Assembly (NCBI GenBank): GCA_965261595.1 | Contig: CBDHDG010000005.1 | Span: forward strand, 896,001 to 960,000 | Origin: a bacterium | Lineage (GTDB): Bacteria > UBA8248 > JACPRG01 > G963555815 | DNA: 64,000 nt | Direction: 5' to 3' | Shown: piece after piece, positions 10,546 through 20,193 of the stretch | Numbering within the stretch: the stretch's first letter is position 1 | Layout: each line of letters begins with the position of its first letter | Made by a program: the position numbers and the translations under genes | Notes under the pieces: model-generated | The model's input: the letters and a program-made list of their open reading frames with translations, nothing else | The model's database searches: none | Told to the model about the DNA's origin: nothing

Positions 10546-11394
10546 TCAGGGTGTGCGTTGTTGTCTCCTTTCGTAGTTAACGGGTGACAGGTTGTCGATG
10601 GAGGAGTGCCGACGATGCGGGTTGTAGAAGCCCTCGATGAACCCGAACACCTCCATGCGCGCCTCGGCCCGGGTGCGGAAACTGTGGCGAGCGAGGAGCT
10701 CGCACTCCAGCGTGGCGAAAAAGCTCTCACACAGCGCGTTGTCGTAGCAGTCCCCGACCGAACCCATGGAGGGACGCCCGCCCGCCTGCCGGCAGCGCTG
10801 CCCAAAGGCGACCGAGGTGTACTGCGTGCCCTGGTCGGAGTGGTGGATGACGGCCCGGGGACGGCGCTTATACAGCGCCATGTCGAGCGCGTCGAGCACC
10901 AACTCGGCCCGCAGGTGTGTGGCCATCGACCACCCCACGATGCGCCGGCTGAACGCATCGAGCGCCACGGCCAGATACAAAAACCCCGCCCATGTCGGAA
11001 CGTAGGTGATGTCGGCCACCCACAGCCGGTCGGGGGCCTCGGCCGTGAAGTTGCGGTCCACCAGATCAGGGGCCGGCCGCGCCTCCTGCCGGCGCTGCGT
11101 CGTGCGCGCTCCCTTGCGCCGACTGACGCCCGCAAGTCCCGCCCCACGCATCAGCCTGGCGACGCGCTTGCGGCCCACACGCACTCCCTCAGCCTCCAAC
11201 TCGGCATGGACGCGCGGCACGCCGTAAGTCCCCCGAGAACGCTCGTGGATCGCCTGAATGCGTTTGGTGAGCGCCCGATCGGCACACGAGCGGGCACACG
11301 GCGCGCGCCTGCGCCACGCGTAGTAGCCGCTGGAGGAGACGCCCAGCACCCGGCACATGGTGGCGGTCCGATACATGGCCTGGTTCGCCCTCAC
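10546..11394 (-). CDS. IS3 transposase OrfB (DDE)
   Basis: WVADITY, HHSDQGTQY, DNALCESFFATLECE, YNPHRRHS. Confidence 0.95.
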   Translation of the reverse strand: MRANQAMYRTATMCRVLGVSSSGYYAWRRRAPCARSCADRALTKRIQAIHERSRGTYGVPRVHAELEAEGVRVGRKRVARLMRGAGLAGVSRRKGARTTQRRQEARPAPDLVDRNFTAEAPDRLWVADITYVPTWAGFLYLAVALDAFSRRIVGWSMATHLRAELVLDALDMALYKRRPRAVIHHSDQGTQYTSVAFGQRCRQAGGRPSMGSVGDCYDNALCESFFATLECELLARHSFRTRAEARMEVFGFIEGFYNPHRRHSSIDNLSPVNYERRQQRTP

Positions 11395-11705
11395 GAACCC
11401 GTAGATCCGGACGGGATCGAATCGGTATCCCGAGCAAACCAGGCCGCGGCTTTTGCTAAGATCTCCCGCTCCTGGCGGAGCTGTCGGTTCTCGCGGCGAA
11501 GTCGGCGCAACTCCTCCCGCTCATCGCTCGTGAGCCCGTCTTTGCGACGCCCCTCGTCAACGTCGGCTTGATGGGCCCAGGTGCGGATCGTCTGCGCCGA
11601 GGGCTCGAACTCGTGCGCCAGCGCCTCGGGCGTGCGTCCCGCCCGGACCAACTCTACCATCTGGCAGCGGAACTCCATTGGATAGCGTGGGTGAGTCTGT
11701 GGCAT
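11391..11705 (-). CDS. IS3 transposase OrfA (HTH)
   Basis: YPMEFR...ELRRLRRENRQLRQEREILAKAAAWFA; AAAAG slippage-like site; TGA overlaps the orfB GTG. Confidence 0.92.
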   Translation of the reverse strand: MPQTHPRYPMEFRCQMVELVRAGRTPEALAHEFEPSAQTIRTWAHQADVDEGRRKDGLTSDEREELRRLRRENRQLRQEREILAKAAAWFARDTDSIPSGSTGS

Positions 11706-11763
11706 CGTGAACACCTCCTTTACCCCCAAATCATCAGGTGTCCACCAAACCGGGTCAACTCCA

Positions 11764-12045
11764 GGGTGTACTGACGTACAATCTCCTCTATATTTAATTT
11801 GTTAGATGGAACGGCATCATTAGTTAGGGGAAGAATCTTGTTTAAATTCTTAATAGCTGTTTCTACCTTGTTAACTTTTTCGCTAAGTTGTTACGATACT
11901 TGTTTATTACTTCCTCACGTACAACCCATGGAATTTTGAGAGAAAAATCAGAGCGCCCCAGTAGTTTACGAAGTAACGCCACGCTTGTCCCTGTGAATTG
12001 TCCTGCAGCCACAAGGACAGTCGAATCAAGAATTACAACAGGCAT
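11764..12045 (-). pseudogene. PIN-domain protein N-terminus (DUF4935-like), frameshifted ~11880 and cut by IS3
   Basis: MPVVILDSTVL...LKIPWVVREEVINKY, then EKVNKVETAIKNLNKIL...EIVRQYT up to the IS end. Confidence 0.7.
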
Positions 12046-12107
12046 AACCACCTCTGGGGGTTTTCTGGTCCTTTAAATTTGCGAGCAGTTTTCATCTTGT
12101 AGAAAAA

Positions 12108-12303
12108 GGGGGTCTGGTCTTGAATTATAAGCTTCGGCATGGTTTCCGGTTCTGCGATGTCTTGACCTATCCCATCGAGCACCGAGGCGCGATTACCCAT
12201 GTTACCACCTGAGGAAATGGTCGTCTGGCGATTTACGAGGACAACGAAAATAGTTCCTCATCTCTTGCGACGCTTCAAGCTGACAATTCAAGACCTGACC
12301 CCC
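12108..12303 (+). mobile_element. RAYT-derived MITE, copy 1
   Basis: Terminal inverted repeats GGGGTC(T/A)GGTCTTGAATT...AATTCAAGACCTGACCCC; interior reads as decayed RAYT N-terminus (IEH.GAI.HVT..GNGR.AIYEDNE...LATL). Confidence 0.75.
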
Positions 12304-12504
12304 ATCACACTCCTCCACCAGCGAAACCCCTCAACCGCTCCAAGAAATTATTCAGGATTGAAGACCTGACCTCCAGGTTCCAGGTTAACCCGCATTTCTC
12401 ACAACATGTTCCGACGCAGAAATGTTTTTTGCCGGAAGACGGATCAATTGGCTATCAGTGGACCGCCCCTGGGTTATTGGACACTCGGGTGAGGGTATTC
12501 GACC

Positions 12505-13422
12505 TCATGCGGCCTCCGCAACTTGAGCGAGTTTTTCCTGCCTTGCCTGGGCCGGCGTTCGGTAGCCGTAGCCCTCGAGAATCCAATGATGGTTGTACAG
12601 GTTCTTGAACTCAAGCAGCGCCCACCGCAGTTCCTCTACGGTGGCGAAAGAGCGCACCCACAGGAGATTCTCCTTCAAGATGCGGATAAACCACTCACAG
12701 TAGCCATTTCCCTCGGGCGCCCGCACGAAGCTGGGCGAACTGGTCATGCCCAGGTAGGTGATCTCCCGCTGAAAGTCATCGGACAGATAGGCGGGGCCGT
12801 GGTCGTGACGAACTTTAAGCCCCTCGGCGACGTCCGCCTCCAAGCCGGCGAAGCGCTCGGCGACCCCCTGCCGGATCGGCTCCAGGGCCTCGAAGCGGTT
12901 GCCGCTCTTGGCCGCATGGATCCCCACGCAGTCCACCGAGCAGTGATCCACCGCCACGAACACCGAGGCCACCCCCTCCTCGGTGGTCACCGTCGTCGTC
13001 ATGTCCGTGCCCCACATTCGGTCGGGCCGCTCGGTGCGGATGGTCCCGTTGTGGGCCTTGGGACCTCGGGGTTTGCCCACCCGGTGGGGGGCCTGAAGCC
13101 CCGCCTCCCGCATCAGGCGACGCACCCGCTCCTTGCTGGTGCGGATGCCCGCGAAGCGCAGCCTCGCCCACACCTTGCGGTAGCCCTCGCCATGGAAGGG
13201 AGAGTCCTCCAGGACCTGCCGGATGTGGCCGAGGAGTTCCGCATCGGTGCACGGGCCCACAGGGCCGCGCTTATTGGGCGTGGGGCGTTCATGAACGGGG
13301 ACCGCCTCTCGCCGCCGTTGCGCGTAGACCGTGGAGCGCGCCAAGCCCCAAAGGGCGCACACCCGCTTCAGGCCGTAGGCTCTGCCCGTGGAGGTGAAGC
13401 GGGCCTGACTCATCGCCTCCAC
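12505..13422 (-). CDS. IS transposase OrfB (integrase core)
   Basis: GEGYRKVWARLR, MWGTDMT, RHDHGPAY, PEGNG. Confidence 0.92.
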   Translation of the reverse strand: MEAMSQARFTSTGRAYGLKRVCALWGLARSTVYAQRRREAVPVHERPTPNKRGPVGPCTDAELLGHIRQVLEDSPFHGEGYRKVWARLRFAGIRTSKERVRRLMREAGLQAPHRVGKPRGPKAHNGTIRTERPDRMWGTDMTTTVTTEEGVASVFVAVDHCSVDCVGIHAAKSGNRFEALEPIRQGVAERFAGLEADVAEGLKVRHDHGPAYLSDDFQREITYLGMTSSPSFVRAPEGNGYCEWFIRILKENLLWVRSFATVEELRWALLEFKNLYNHHWILEGYGYRTPAQARQEKLAQVAEAA

Positions 13423-13796
13423 CTCCTGCCGGCTAAAGGGCGGCCGGCCTCCAGGCGGTCGATCTTCTCCCGCAGGACCTCGCCCTCCATCGTGAGTTCG
13501 CCCACCTTGGCCTTGAGCCGGGCGTTCTCCTCGTCCCGCTCATCCGCCGGGCGGGCTTTGAGCGCCGCCTCGCCCGCGCGAAGGAACGCCTCGCGCCAGG
13601 CGGAAAGCCGAGCCGCTGTCGTGCCCAACTCGCGGCAGAGCGTCTCCAGGCTCTCGCCCCGCAAAAGACGCAGGACCGCCTCCCGCTTGCGCTGGCAGGA
13701 GAACCGACCCCGCTCACTGCGATGCCCTGGGGCCTTGGCTCCGTTCGCCCTGCGGGCGCCCTCCGCCAAAGCCCCCTCTTGCTTTTGTTCGTTCAT
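13410..13796 (-). CDS. IS transposase OrfA
   Basis: RKREAVLRLLRGESLETLCRELG..AARLSAWR...LKAKVGELTME. Confidence 0.88.
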   Translation of the reverse strand: MNEQKQEGALAEGARRANGAKAPGHRSERGRFSCQRKREAVLRLLRGESLETLCRELGTTAARLSAWREAFLRAGEAALKARPADERDEENARLKAKVGELTMEGEVLREKIDRLEAGRPLAGRRWRR

Positions 13797-13915
13797 CGCG
13801 ACACCCCTTTCTCCATGAATCATGGATCAATCGAGTGTCCAACAAAACCCTAGAGCGGGGGATCAGGGCGCACGCCGTGCGCCCCTTCTACGAGGGCGGG
13901 CGGAGACGGGGACCC

Positions 13916-14033
13916 GCCCCGTCACAGCTGCTCTATTCGCTGACGCTGCGCCCTTGCTCGAATCGGGAGGGCACGTAGGGCGGCGCGCCGATGGCATCCA
14001 TGAAGCGCTGCTTGATCGCGGCCGGATTGAACG
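13916..14033 (-). repeat. Diverged direct-repeat copy of the 3' end of the ThDP beta-subunit gene (other copy 15359-15488)
   Basis: Encodes FNPAAIKQRFMDAIGAPPYVPSRFEQGRSVSE* versus ...SVSA* in the intact gene. Confidence 0.9.
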
Positions 14034-14433
14034 TGAGTCCGGGGTCAGGTCTTGAATTATCAGTTTACGGCTCTGCCCGGTTGAGGATTTTGCTAATCGT
14101 TGTGTAGTGCTCGCCCAGGTGTCTGGCGATTTCCAGCAACCTATACCCATAGCGCAAATGGGCCTCGCGGATGGTCCGGCCTCGTTGTTCCCGATCCTTC
14201 TCCGCGCTCCTGCGGCAGTTTTTGGAGGTGCAGAGCTCAAATAAGATGATCTAATCCCAATTACGTCGAATTGCCTAAAAGGATCTTAGCCCATTTAAGC
14301 CACAATCTATCGTTTCTTCTCAAAATCCGGGAGAGAAATCTCGAATCAGGAATCTATCGGGGCTCGCTACGCTTCAATATCGGATATTCTGGCTCACAAG
14401 CCTTTAACTAGGATATTCCCGCTCAAAGGATGT

Positions 14434-14772
14434 CTACTGAGCGAGTTTCATAAGCAGAGCTGCACACTTTTCAGCAACCTTGCTGTCGGGTTTCTTTTCG
14501 CCGGGCATTGTCGTCCAACTCTGTTTTTCTACATAGTCGTCTCTCTTCCATGATTCTTCTTTCTTAAATCCTTTGAGCTTCTGATCTTTCTCTGAATCCC
14601 GGTTAAACTGCTCGACACAAATCGGTGTCAAGCGGCTAACAACGGCATCTTCGACCATTTTCTGGGCCGTAGCACCCGTAACCCATCCACCCCAAGCAAA
14701 GCCGATGATGGCTATTACAATTGCACCACCCACCGCGCCCCACAAACAAAGTTTGACTTTCATCCCGGACAC
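14434..14772 (-). CDS. Small membrane-anchored hypothetical protein, lower GC
   Basis: Hydrophobic N-terminus, GFAWGGWVTGATA motif, two Cys; codon usage differs from flanking genes. Confidence 0.75.
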   Translation of the reverse strand: MSGMKVKLCLWGAVGGAIVIAIIGFAWGGWVTGATAQKMVEDAVVSRLTPICVEQFNRDSEKDQKLKGFKKEESWKRDDYVEKQSWTTMPGEKKPDSKVAEKCAALLMKLAQ

Positions 14773-15170
14773 CTCCTCTAACGGGGATTTCCCACATCAA
14801 ACTGTGATGTTGCCCTTTCGGTCTTCATTCTCGGTAGGGAGTATTGAATCCACTTCCAGAACCCCTGTCAAGAGCTTCTCGAAGCCCCCAACCGGGCGCT
14901 CATCGTCAACACGCTGATTTTACAAGAGAAAGCGCCTTTCGGTCTGTCGAATCTTATGATTTAAATCGGAAATTCGGGTTTTATTTCAGCGCGCCCTCGA
15001 GATGCCTGGGCTGTGTTGGCTCAATGGGCTCAAGGTTCAGGTCGAAATAACGGCTCGGCGCGGCCTGCCGGAGTATGGAGTCAGCTCTCATACGCAACAT
15101 TTTGCAGATTGGCCCCGGGTGTCCGTACGGCACGACGGACGGTAATGGAATCGACCGCGCAGTGAAGAAG

Positions 15171-15364
15171 TGGGTCGGGTCTTGAATGATAAGGTTGGCA
15201 GGGTTTCCAGTTCTGCGATTTCTTGACCTCTCCTCATCGAGTGCGCAGGCGCGATTACCCACGTTAGCTCCAAGGGGAATGTCCGCCCGTGATTTACAAA
15301 GACAACGAAGATCGTCACTCATTTCTTGCAACGCTTCAGACTGACAACTCAAGCCCTGGCCCCC
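15171..15364 (+). mobile_element. RAYT-derived MITE, copy 2
   Basis: Colinear diverged copy of 12108-12303 (GGGTCGGGTCTTGAAT...AACTCAAGCCCTGGCCCC; interior IE.AGAI.HVSSKGN...IYKDNEDRHSFLATL). Confidence 0.75.
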
Positions 15365-15387
15365 GTCACAGTTCCGGTTACGCCACT

Positions 15388-16014
15388 CTATGCGCTGACG
15401 CTGCGTCCTTGCTCGAATCGGGAGGGCACGTAAGGCGGCGCGCCGATGGCATCCATGAAACGCTGCTTGATCGCGGCCGGGTTGAACGGGAACGGCGGGA
15501 CGACGATTTGGGGATCGGATTCCATGGCCAGGGACAGGAGGGAAGGCCCTCCGCCTTCGATGGCCGAGGAAAAGATTTTCCGGAAATTCTCCGGTGAGCG
15601 TACGTTCTCCGCCCGTTGAAAACCCGTGGACCGGGCGACCCGCGCCAGGTCCAGGGCCTGATGCCCCAGGGGTTGGCCGCCCGATGAGGCGTAAACCCGG
15701 TTGTGAGCGAGGAGGACGGTGAGGTTCTCGGGCGCGAGCGCGCCGATGGTCACCAGCGTCCCGAGATGCATGACGAGCCCGCCGTCCCCCTCGGCGCAAA
15801 CGACCTTCCTGTCGGGGAGCGAAGCCGCGACGCCTACGGCGAGGGGCAGGGCGAGTCCCATGCAATCCTCGACGTAGAAGTTCTCCGGCCGGTCCCGCAG
15901 GCAGGCCCAGAGATAGGAGGCGTTGCCGAGGGAGGTGATGACCAAGGCGTCATCCGGAAGGATCTCCGCCAAGACCCTGTAATAGTCTTCCCGGCTCGGG
16001 AGGGAAGCGCTCAC
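15388..16014 (-). CDS. ThDP-dependent decarboxylase beta subunit (sulfopyruvate/phosphonopyruvate decarboxylase-like)
   Basis: MGLALPLAVG, EGDGGLVMHLG...HNRVYASSGGQP ThDP motif; GTG start overlaps the upstream stop. Confidence 0.82.
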   Translation of the reverse strand: MSASLPSREDYYRVLAEILPDDALVITSLGNASYLWACLRDRPENFYVEDCMGLALPLAVGVAASLPDRKVVCAEGDGGLVMHLGTLVTIGALAPENLTVLLAHNRVYASSGGQPLGHQALDLARVARSTGFQRAENVRSPENFRKIFSSAIEGGGPSLLSLAMESDPQIVVPPFPFNPAAIKQRFMDAIGAPPYVPSRFEQGRSVSA

Positions 16015-16526
16015 CAGGAGATGTCCTCCTTCGCGAGGAGCAGGACGAAGGGGACGGAAGCCTCCTCCGCGTTGAGGGCCGCGCGCTCGACCTGGGGACC
16101 GATGGCCTCCCCAGGCTCCGCCAGGGCGTACCGGACGCCTAATCCCTGAGCCACGGGCTCGGTCACCCTGCCTTTCGGGATGTGGTAAACAATCGGGTCC
16201 CGCGTTGAGCCCCGGTAGGAGCAAAGGACGAGGATGGGAAACTCATAGCGCTGCGCCAGGGAGACCATTCCCGCCCCCATCGTGAGAAGCCCGACGTTCT
16301 GAATGAGGAGAACCGTTCGTTTGCCGGTCAATCGCGCCCCGCATGCGATGGCCATGGCCTCCTCTTCGTGGGTGGCGCGAATGAGAAGGAAGTCCGGGTC
16401 GCGCTCCATTTCCTCCAGAATCCCGCCCAGCCAACTGTCCGGGACGCACACGGCCACCTGGAAATTGAGACGCTTCAGGGTGTCGAGCACCTCTGAGGGC
16501 CGATGCACGGTTGATGGGTTATTCAC
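16011..16526 (-). CDS. ThDP-dependent decarboxylase alpha subunit (ComD-like)
   Basis: VPDSWL, HEEEAMAIACGA, LIQNVGL, SYRG. Confidence 0.82.
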   Translation of the reverse strand: MNNPSTVHRPSEVLDTLKRLNFQVAVCVPDSWLGGILEEMERDPDFLLIRATHEEEAMAIACGARLTGKRTVLLIQNVGLLTMGAGMVSLAQRYEFPILVLCSYRGSTRDPIVYHIPKGRVTEPVAQGLGVRYALAEPGEAIGPQVERAALNAEEASVPFVLLLAKEDISW

Positions 16527-16543
16527 GTGGAAGCCTTTGTTTC

Positions 16544-16605
16544 GGGAGGGCGGGCATCCCGCCCGCCGCGGCCTGGAGGGTCACCGACCCGCGCCCGGCC
16601 TACCC
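16544..16605. repeat. REP-like palindrome family GGGCGGGCATCCTGCCCGCC (also 31532-31557, 33428-33505, 38751-38827)
   Basis: Intergenic copies, often inverted pairs ending in CCTACC (GTAG-type tail). Confidence 0.7.
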
Positions 16606-16866
16606 ATAGGAACATGAAGCCCGGGGCAAACTTCTTTGCGAACTTCGGTCGGTGGACCTCTCACCGGAGAACGCGATTTCCGGAAACGGAAGTGGTCGTC
16701 CAAGCATTCCCGGATGATCATATTCAGCCAATCTGTTGTCCTCCTCCGCCACCAAACCGCCGTAGTATACCACTGATTCAGGGCCTATTCGCCGAACTGT
16801 GCGCTCAATCAAGAAGTTGGGGCTGAAGGGGGGAAGGGAGGGGGAGGGGGAGGGGGGGGGGGACAG

Positions 16867-17070
16867 CCGGAATTTCTCACAACCCTTATGTTTCTCGGCG
16901 CTGGCGGCTGGGGGTCACCCGACCCGCGCGACACCGCGATTGAATGTGCACTTCAGTGAATGACAGTGTGTTGCGGCCTTGTTGTTTTGTTCGTTTCCGC
17001 CAATCGGTTGATCAAAAACGGGTAGTCAGAATGAAACGAGGCCGGCATCTCGTTTTTGTGAGAAAAGCGG
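16867..17070. mobile_element. 204-bp non-coding element with IS1380-like inverted ends
   Basis: CCGGAATTTCTCACAA ... TTGTGAGAAAAGCGG; similar to the IS1380 end at 9089. Confidence 0.6.
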
Positions 17071-17167
17071 ATAAGGGGCAGAGAGGTAAGGTCGCGCATA
17101 AACCAGCATAAAGCCGCACAGGCGCCGAAGACTTACCCTCCCCGGTAAGACGCGTTGCGCCCTGTCA

Positions 17168-18001
17168 CTACCTTCGGATTGGGATTCTTGCCCTTTCAAA
17201 AGCCCGCCGCAGCTTAGGCGCCAAGCGTAACTTCTCCAGTTTCAAAACAGGTTGAAGCTGTCGCCGCCGCTTCAGGCTGTTAAAGGATCTTATATTTATC
17301 CGCGAGGGTATCTTACTGACCTTGAGCTTGAACACTTCCACTTTCAGCCGGTCGATGTCAGTCCGGGTCAGGTTGCCGAGCGGAAATTTGACCGTCAGGA
17401 TGGCATCCGGATTGGGGACCACTTGGTGATAACCCGGACTCTTGCCGTCCGGGTCCACAAACGCCCGCATCGTAAATGGATCATCGACCCCGGCCACGGA
17501 GAGCGCGGTGACGCCTTTACTGATCGCGACAATGTGATTCCCGACAGTGCCTTCGGACTGGCTCAACTCGCCATCGACCACCCTGGCGCCTACAACCGTA
17601 AGCTTCCCCCCAATCATCTGTGTTCGCAGAATGACATGCTTTGCCTTGCTCTTCGCTCTCAAGGGGGTCCGCTTGGGCACCTGGGCCCTCACGGGCCGAT
17701 CCTGAGACTGAACGGCCTTGCCGCGTATTGCGGGCATGAGTTTTAGGCCGCGCTTGACCGCCCGAGACTTCAAGCCGCGCTTGGCCGCCCGAGCCTTCCC
17801 CTAAACGGCCGCACCGACCTTCGGCATGCGCAAGCCGCGTTTCGAAACCGGCCTAACCTTGTTTGTCGCGGGCATGCGTTTCAGTTTTTTCGTCAGAGCG
17901 CTTTCCGGCTTTGCCCCGGTCTGGAATTTCTGGGCCATTCCGACGTCCGCCCAGACTCCAACCAGGACCCACACCACGAAGAAGATAAACAGGTTTTTCA
18001 T
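17168..18001 (-). pseudogene. Secreted, highly basic hypothetical protein interrupted by in-frame TAG (17801-17803)
   Basis: Signal peptide MKNLFIFFVVWVLVGVWADVGMA; KRGL repeats continue in frame across the stop. Confidence 0.65.
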
Positions 18002-18030
18002 GGCCCGATCGCTCCCGAATTCAAAAGTAT

Positions 18031-20193
18031 CTATTGATAACACCAGCGGCCATGTTTCTCGTTATGGATCCACCGGCGATACAAGTTGTCCATTCTGAAT
18101 CCCCGGCTGCCGTAATGAAGCATCCCCAGCCAATTCCTGTTGAAGATGATCAGGTCCGGTTTGCGGTTGGCCCCGCCCCGATAGTTGGCTGGACGAATGT
18201 AGTCCCCCCGCCCCAGATTCCATTGTCCGATCCGGTTTTTCTGCCAACTGGCGCTCACCCGGCTCCCGGAAGAGCGCATGACGCCAAGGTATTGCGTCGA
18301 CCAGTTGCGCGTGTTGAACACAAAAAGGTCCGCCCGCCTGTCGCCGTTCCCGTCCCCCACCGCAAAGCGGTCCCTGGACCTCATCTTCCAACCGGGAACG
18401 CTTCCATCGTATCTCTTCGCCATCGTGAACCGATTGCCAAGGGACCGGAGCATCCCAAGGTATGCGATTCTCCAGTTTCTGCCGTTGAAGATATATGCGT
18501 CCTCTTTCCCGTCCTTATTGAAACGCCGATGTAAAGCCGGTCGTGTCTGCGCATCCGCCAACCGGGAAGAACATCATCATATCGCTTCGCGAGCGTGAGA
18601 CTTTGACCATTGGAGCGGAGCATCCCCAGATATCCCTTCGACCAGTTCCGGGTGTTCAGGACGATCAGGTCTTTTTTCCCGTCGCCGCTGAAGTCGGAGA
18701 AGTAAAACCGGTCGTGCTTCTGGAACTGCCAGCCGGGCATCCGATCGTCGTAGCGTTTCACGAGCCGGAGGGCCCTTCCCGTGGAACGCAACATGCCGAG
18801 GTATTCCTTGGACCAATTGGTGCTGTTATACACAACGACATCGTCCTTGCCGTCTCCACTGAAGTCCCCGACGTAGAACCTGTCATTGCGCTTGAATTGC
18901 CAGCCGCGCATTCGATCGTCATACCGGGCGCTTCGGGAAAACCCCTGACCGTTCGAGAGGAGCACGCCGAGGTATTCCATGGACCAATCGGCGCCATTGA
19001 AGACCAGCAGGTCGTCCTTCCCGTCGTTGTTGAAATCCCCGACATAGAACCGATCGCCGGGCTTGAACTGCCACCCGGAGACCCGGTTGTTGCCGATCCA
19101 GATCCTTTCCAGCTCGCGACCCACGGACTTGTACAGGGCGATATCATCGCCATTATGGACGACGATATCGTCCTTCCCATCTCCGGTAAAGTCTCCGACG
19201 TAGGTGCGAAAAAAGGTGTGTTTCATGAATGGGTCGAGCCTGAGCTTCATGTGGTTGTAACCGACCGGGCCGAAAGGAGGGGCATTGCTTCGCATCCGAC
19301 CCGAGTTGACGGATCGATAGACCTTCCGTTTGTAGGTCGCGCATCCTTTAAACAGACCGGCGTCCTCGGCGCTATCCCAACCCGCGGGCCGAGGTAACGA
19401 GGTGGGTATCGGGGTCGAGGATTTGACGTATTTTTTCCACTTCAGTGTGGCTCGGTTGGTGTTCTTCGTGCAATTGACCGCCGAGGGCTCGCCCCGAGGA
19501 TAATCCTTATCGATCTTGGAATATTCGTCGGCGAGTCCTCCAATCCCATGACCAAACTCGTGGGCCAATGTCCTCCAGCCGGTTGTCGCGTGGTTTTTCT
19601 TGGTCACAATCTGCGCCCCGCCGCCGCCATAACCGCCGCCCCTCGATTCGTTCAAAATGATCACATAGTAATCCCAGTCCGGGACGTAGGTATTCAATAT
19701 GTTATTGCGCAAACCCGCGGTTTGCGGGGAGCGCTCCATCCAGCAGTGGGCCCACACTCCGCTGAAAATATACTTCAGCGCGGTATTTTTCATGGTTGTG
19801 CTGACTATCGTGTCATCCGATTTGTCGTTGGGCGTCCCCTTTAGATCGTAAACCCTCTGGCTGACACCGGACTCGGCGGAGACGAGATCGAGGCGGAAGA
19901 CGTTGAAGGCATTCTGATCCTCCAGGAAAAAATCTTTTGTGAAAACACCCTTGATAAACAGGTTGTCAACGATTTGTAGCCACTCCTCCTGCATCCCCGA
20001 CGGCAAAGCCGTCGCCCATGATGACCAGGTTTTTCTTTGACGAAGTCCGCCCGTTACTCATAATCTTGCGGCATCGCGGCGGCGTGCATCCCGCGGAGAA
20101 AGCGGACGTGGCCATGACCACAGGCACAATCAAAGCCGCGGCCATGACCACAGGCACAATCAAAGCAAGGATGACGGGGATCCAGCGTTTCAT
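18031..20193 (-). pseudogene. Secreted M64-family zinc peptidase with C-terminal FG-GAP/VCBS repeats; frameshifts ~19990 and ~18525
   Basis: Signal peptide, NLVIMGDGF, S.ESGVS, LAHEFGHGIGGLADEY, five to six GDFxGDGKDD repeats. Confidence 0.82.

Larger units (their letters stand above)
10504..11763 (-). mobile_element. IS3-family insertion sequence (1260 bp)
   Basis: Inverted repeats TGGACTTACCCCGGTTTCGTGGAGA / TGGAGTTGACCCGGTTTGGTGGACA; orfA and orfB; no target duplication. Confidence 0.95.
12459..13862 (-). mobile_element. IS3-family insertion sequence with 4-bp target duplication TCAG
   Basis: IRs TGGACCGCCCCTGGGTTATTGGACACT / TCCCCCGCTCTAGGGTTTTGTTGGACACT; TCAG at 12455-12458 and 13863-13866. 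Confidence 0.9.

Noticed and set aside
14380..14434. Integron attC site after the small cargo gene
   Set aside because: No paired RYYYAAC/GTTRRRY boxes and no integron integrase
14965..14978. ATCGGAAATTCGGG as a partner IS1380 end for 12389
   Set aside because: Match too short and degenerate to distinguish from chance
16827..16862. G-rich run as a functional G-quadruplex
   Set aside because: Low-complexity sequence at an island edge; could be an artefact and nothing else supports it
17801..17803. Amber (pyrrolysine) read-through here and at 9424
   Set aside because: No pyl genes or methyltransferase context; TAG is used as a normal stop elsewhere in the window
18031..19210. Regular ~156-bp repeats as a possible CRISPR or non-coding array
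   Set aside because: They are coding FG-GAP repeats with synonymous divergence; no spacers or cas genes
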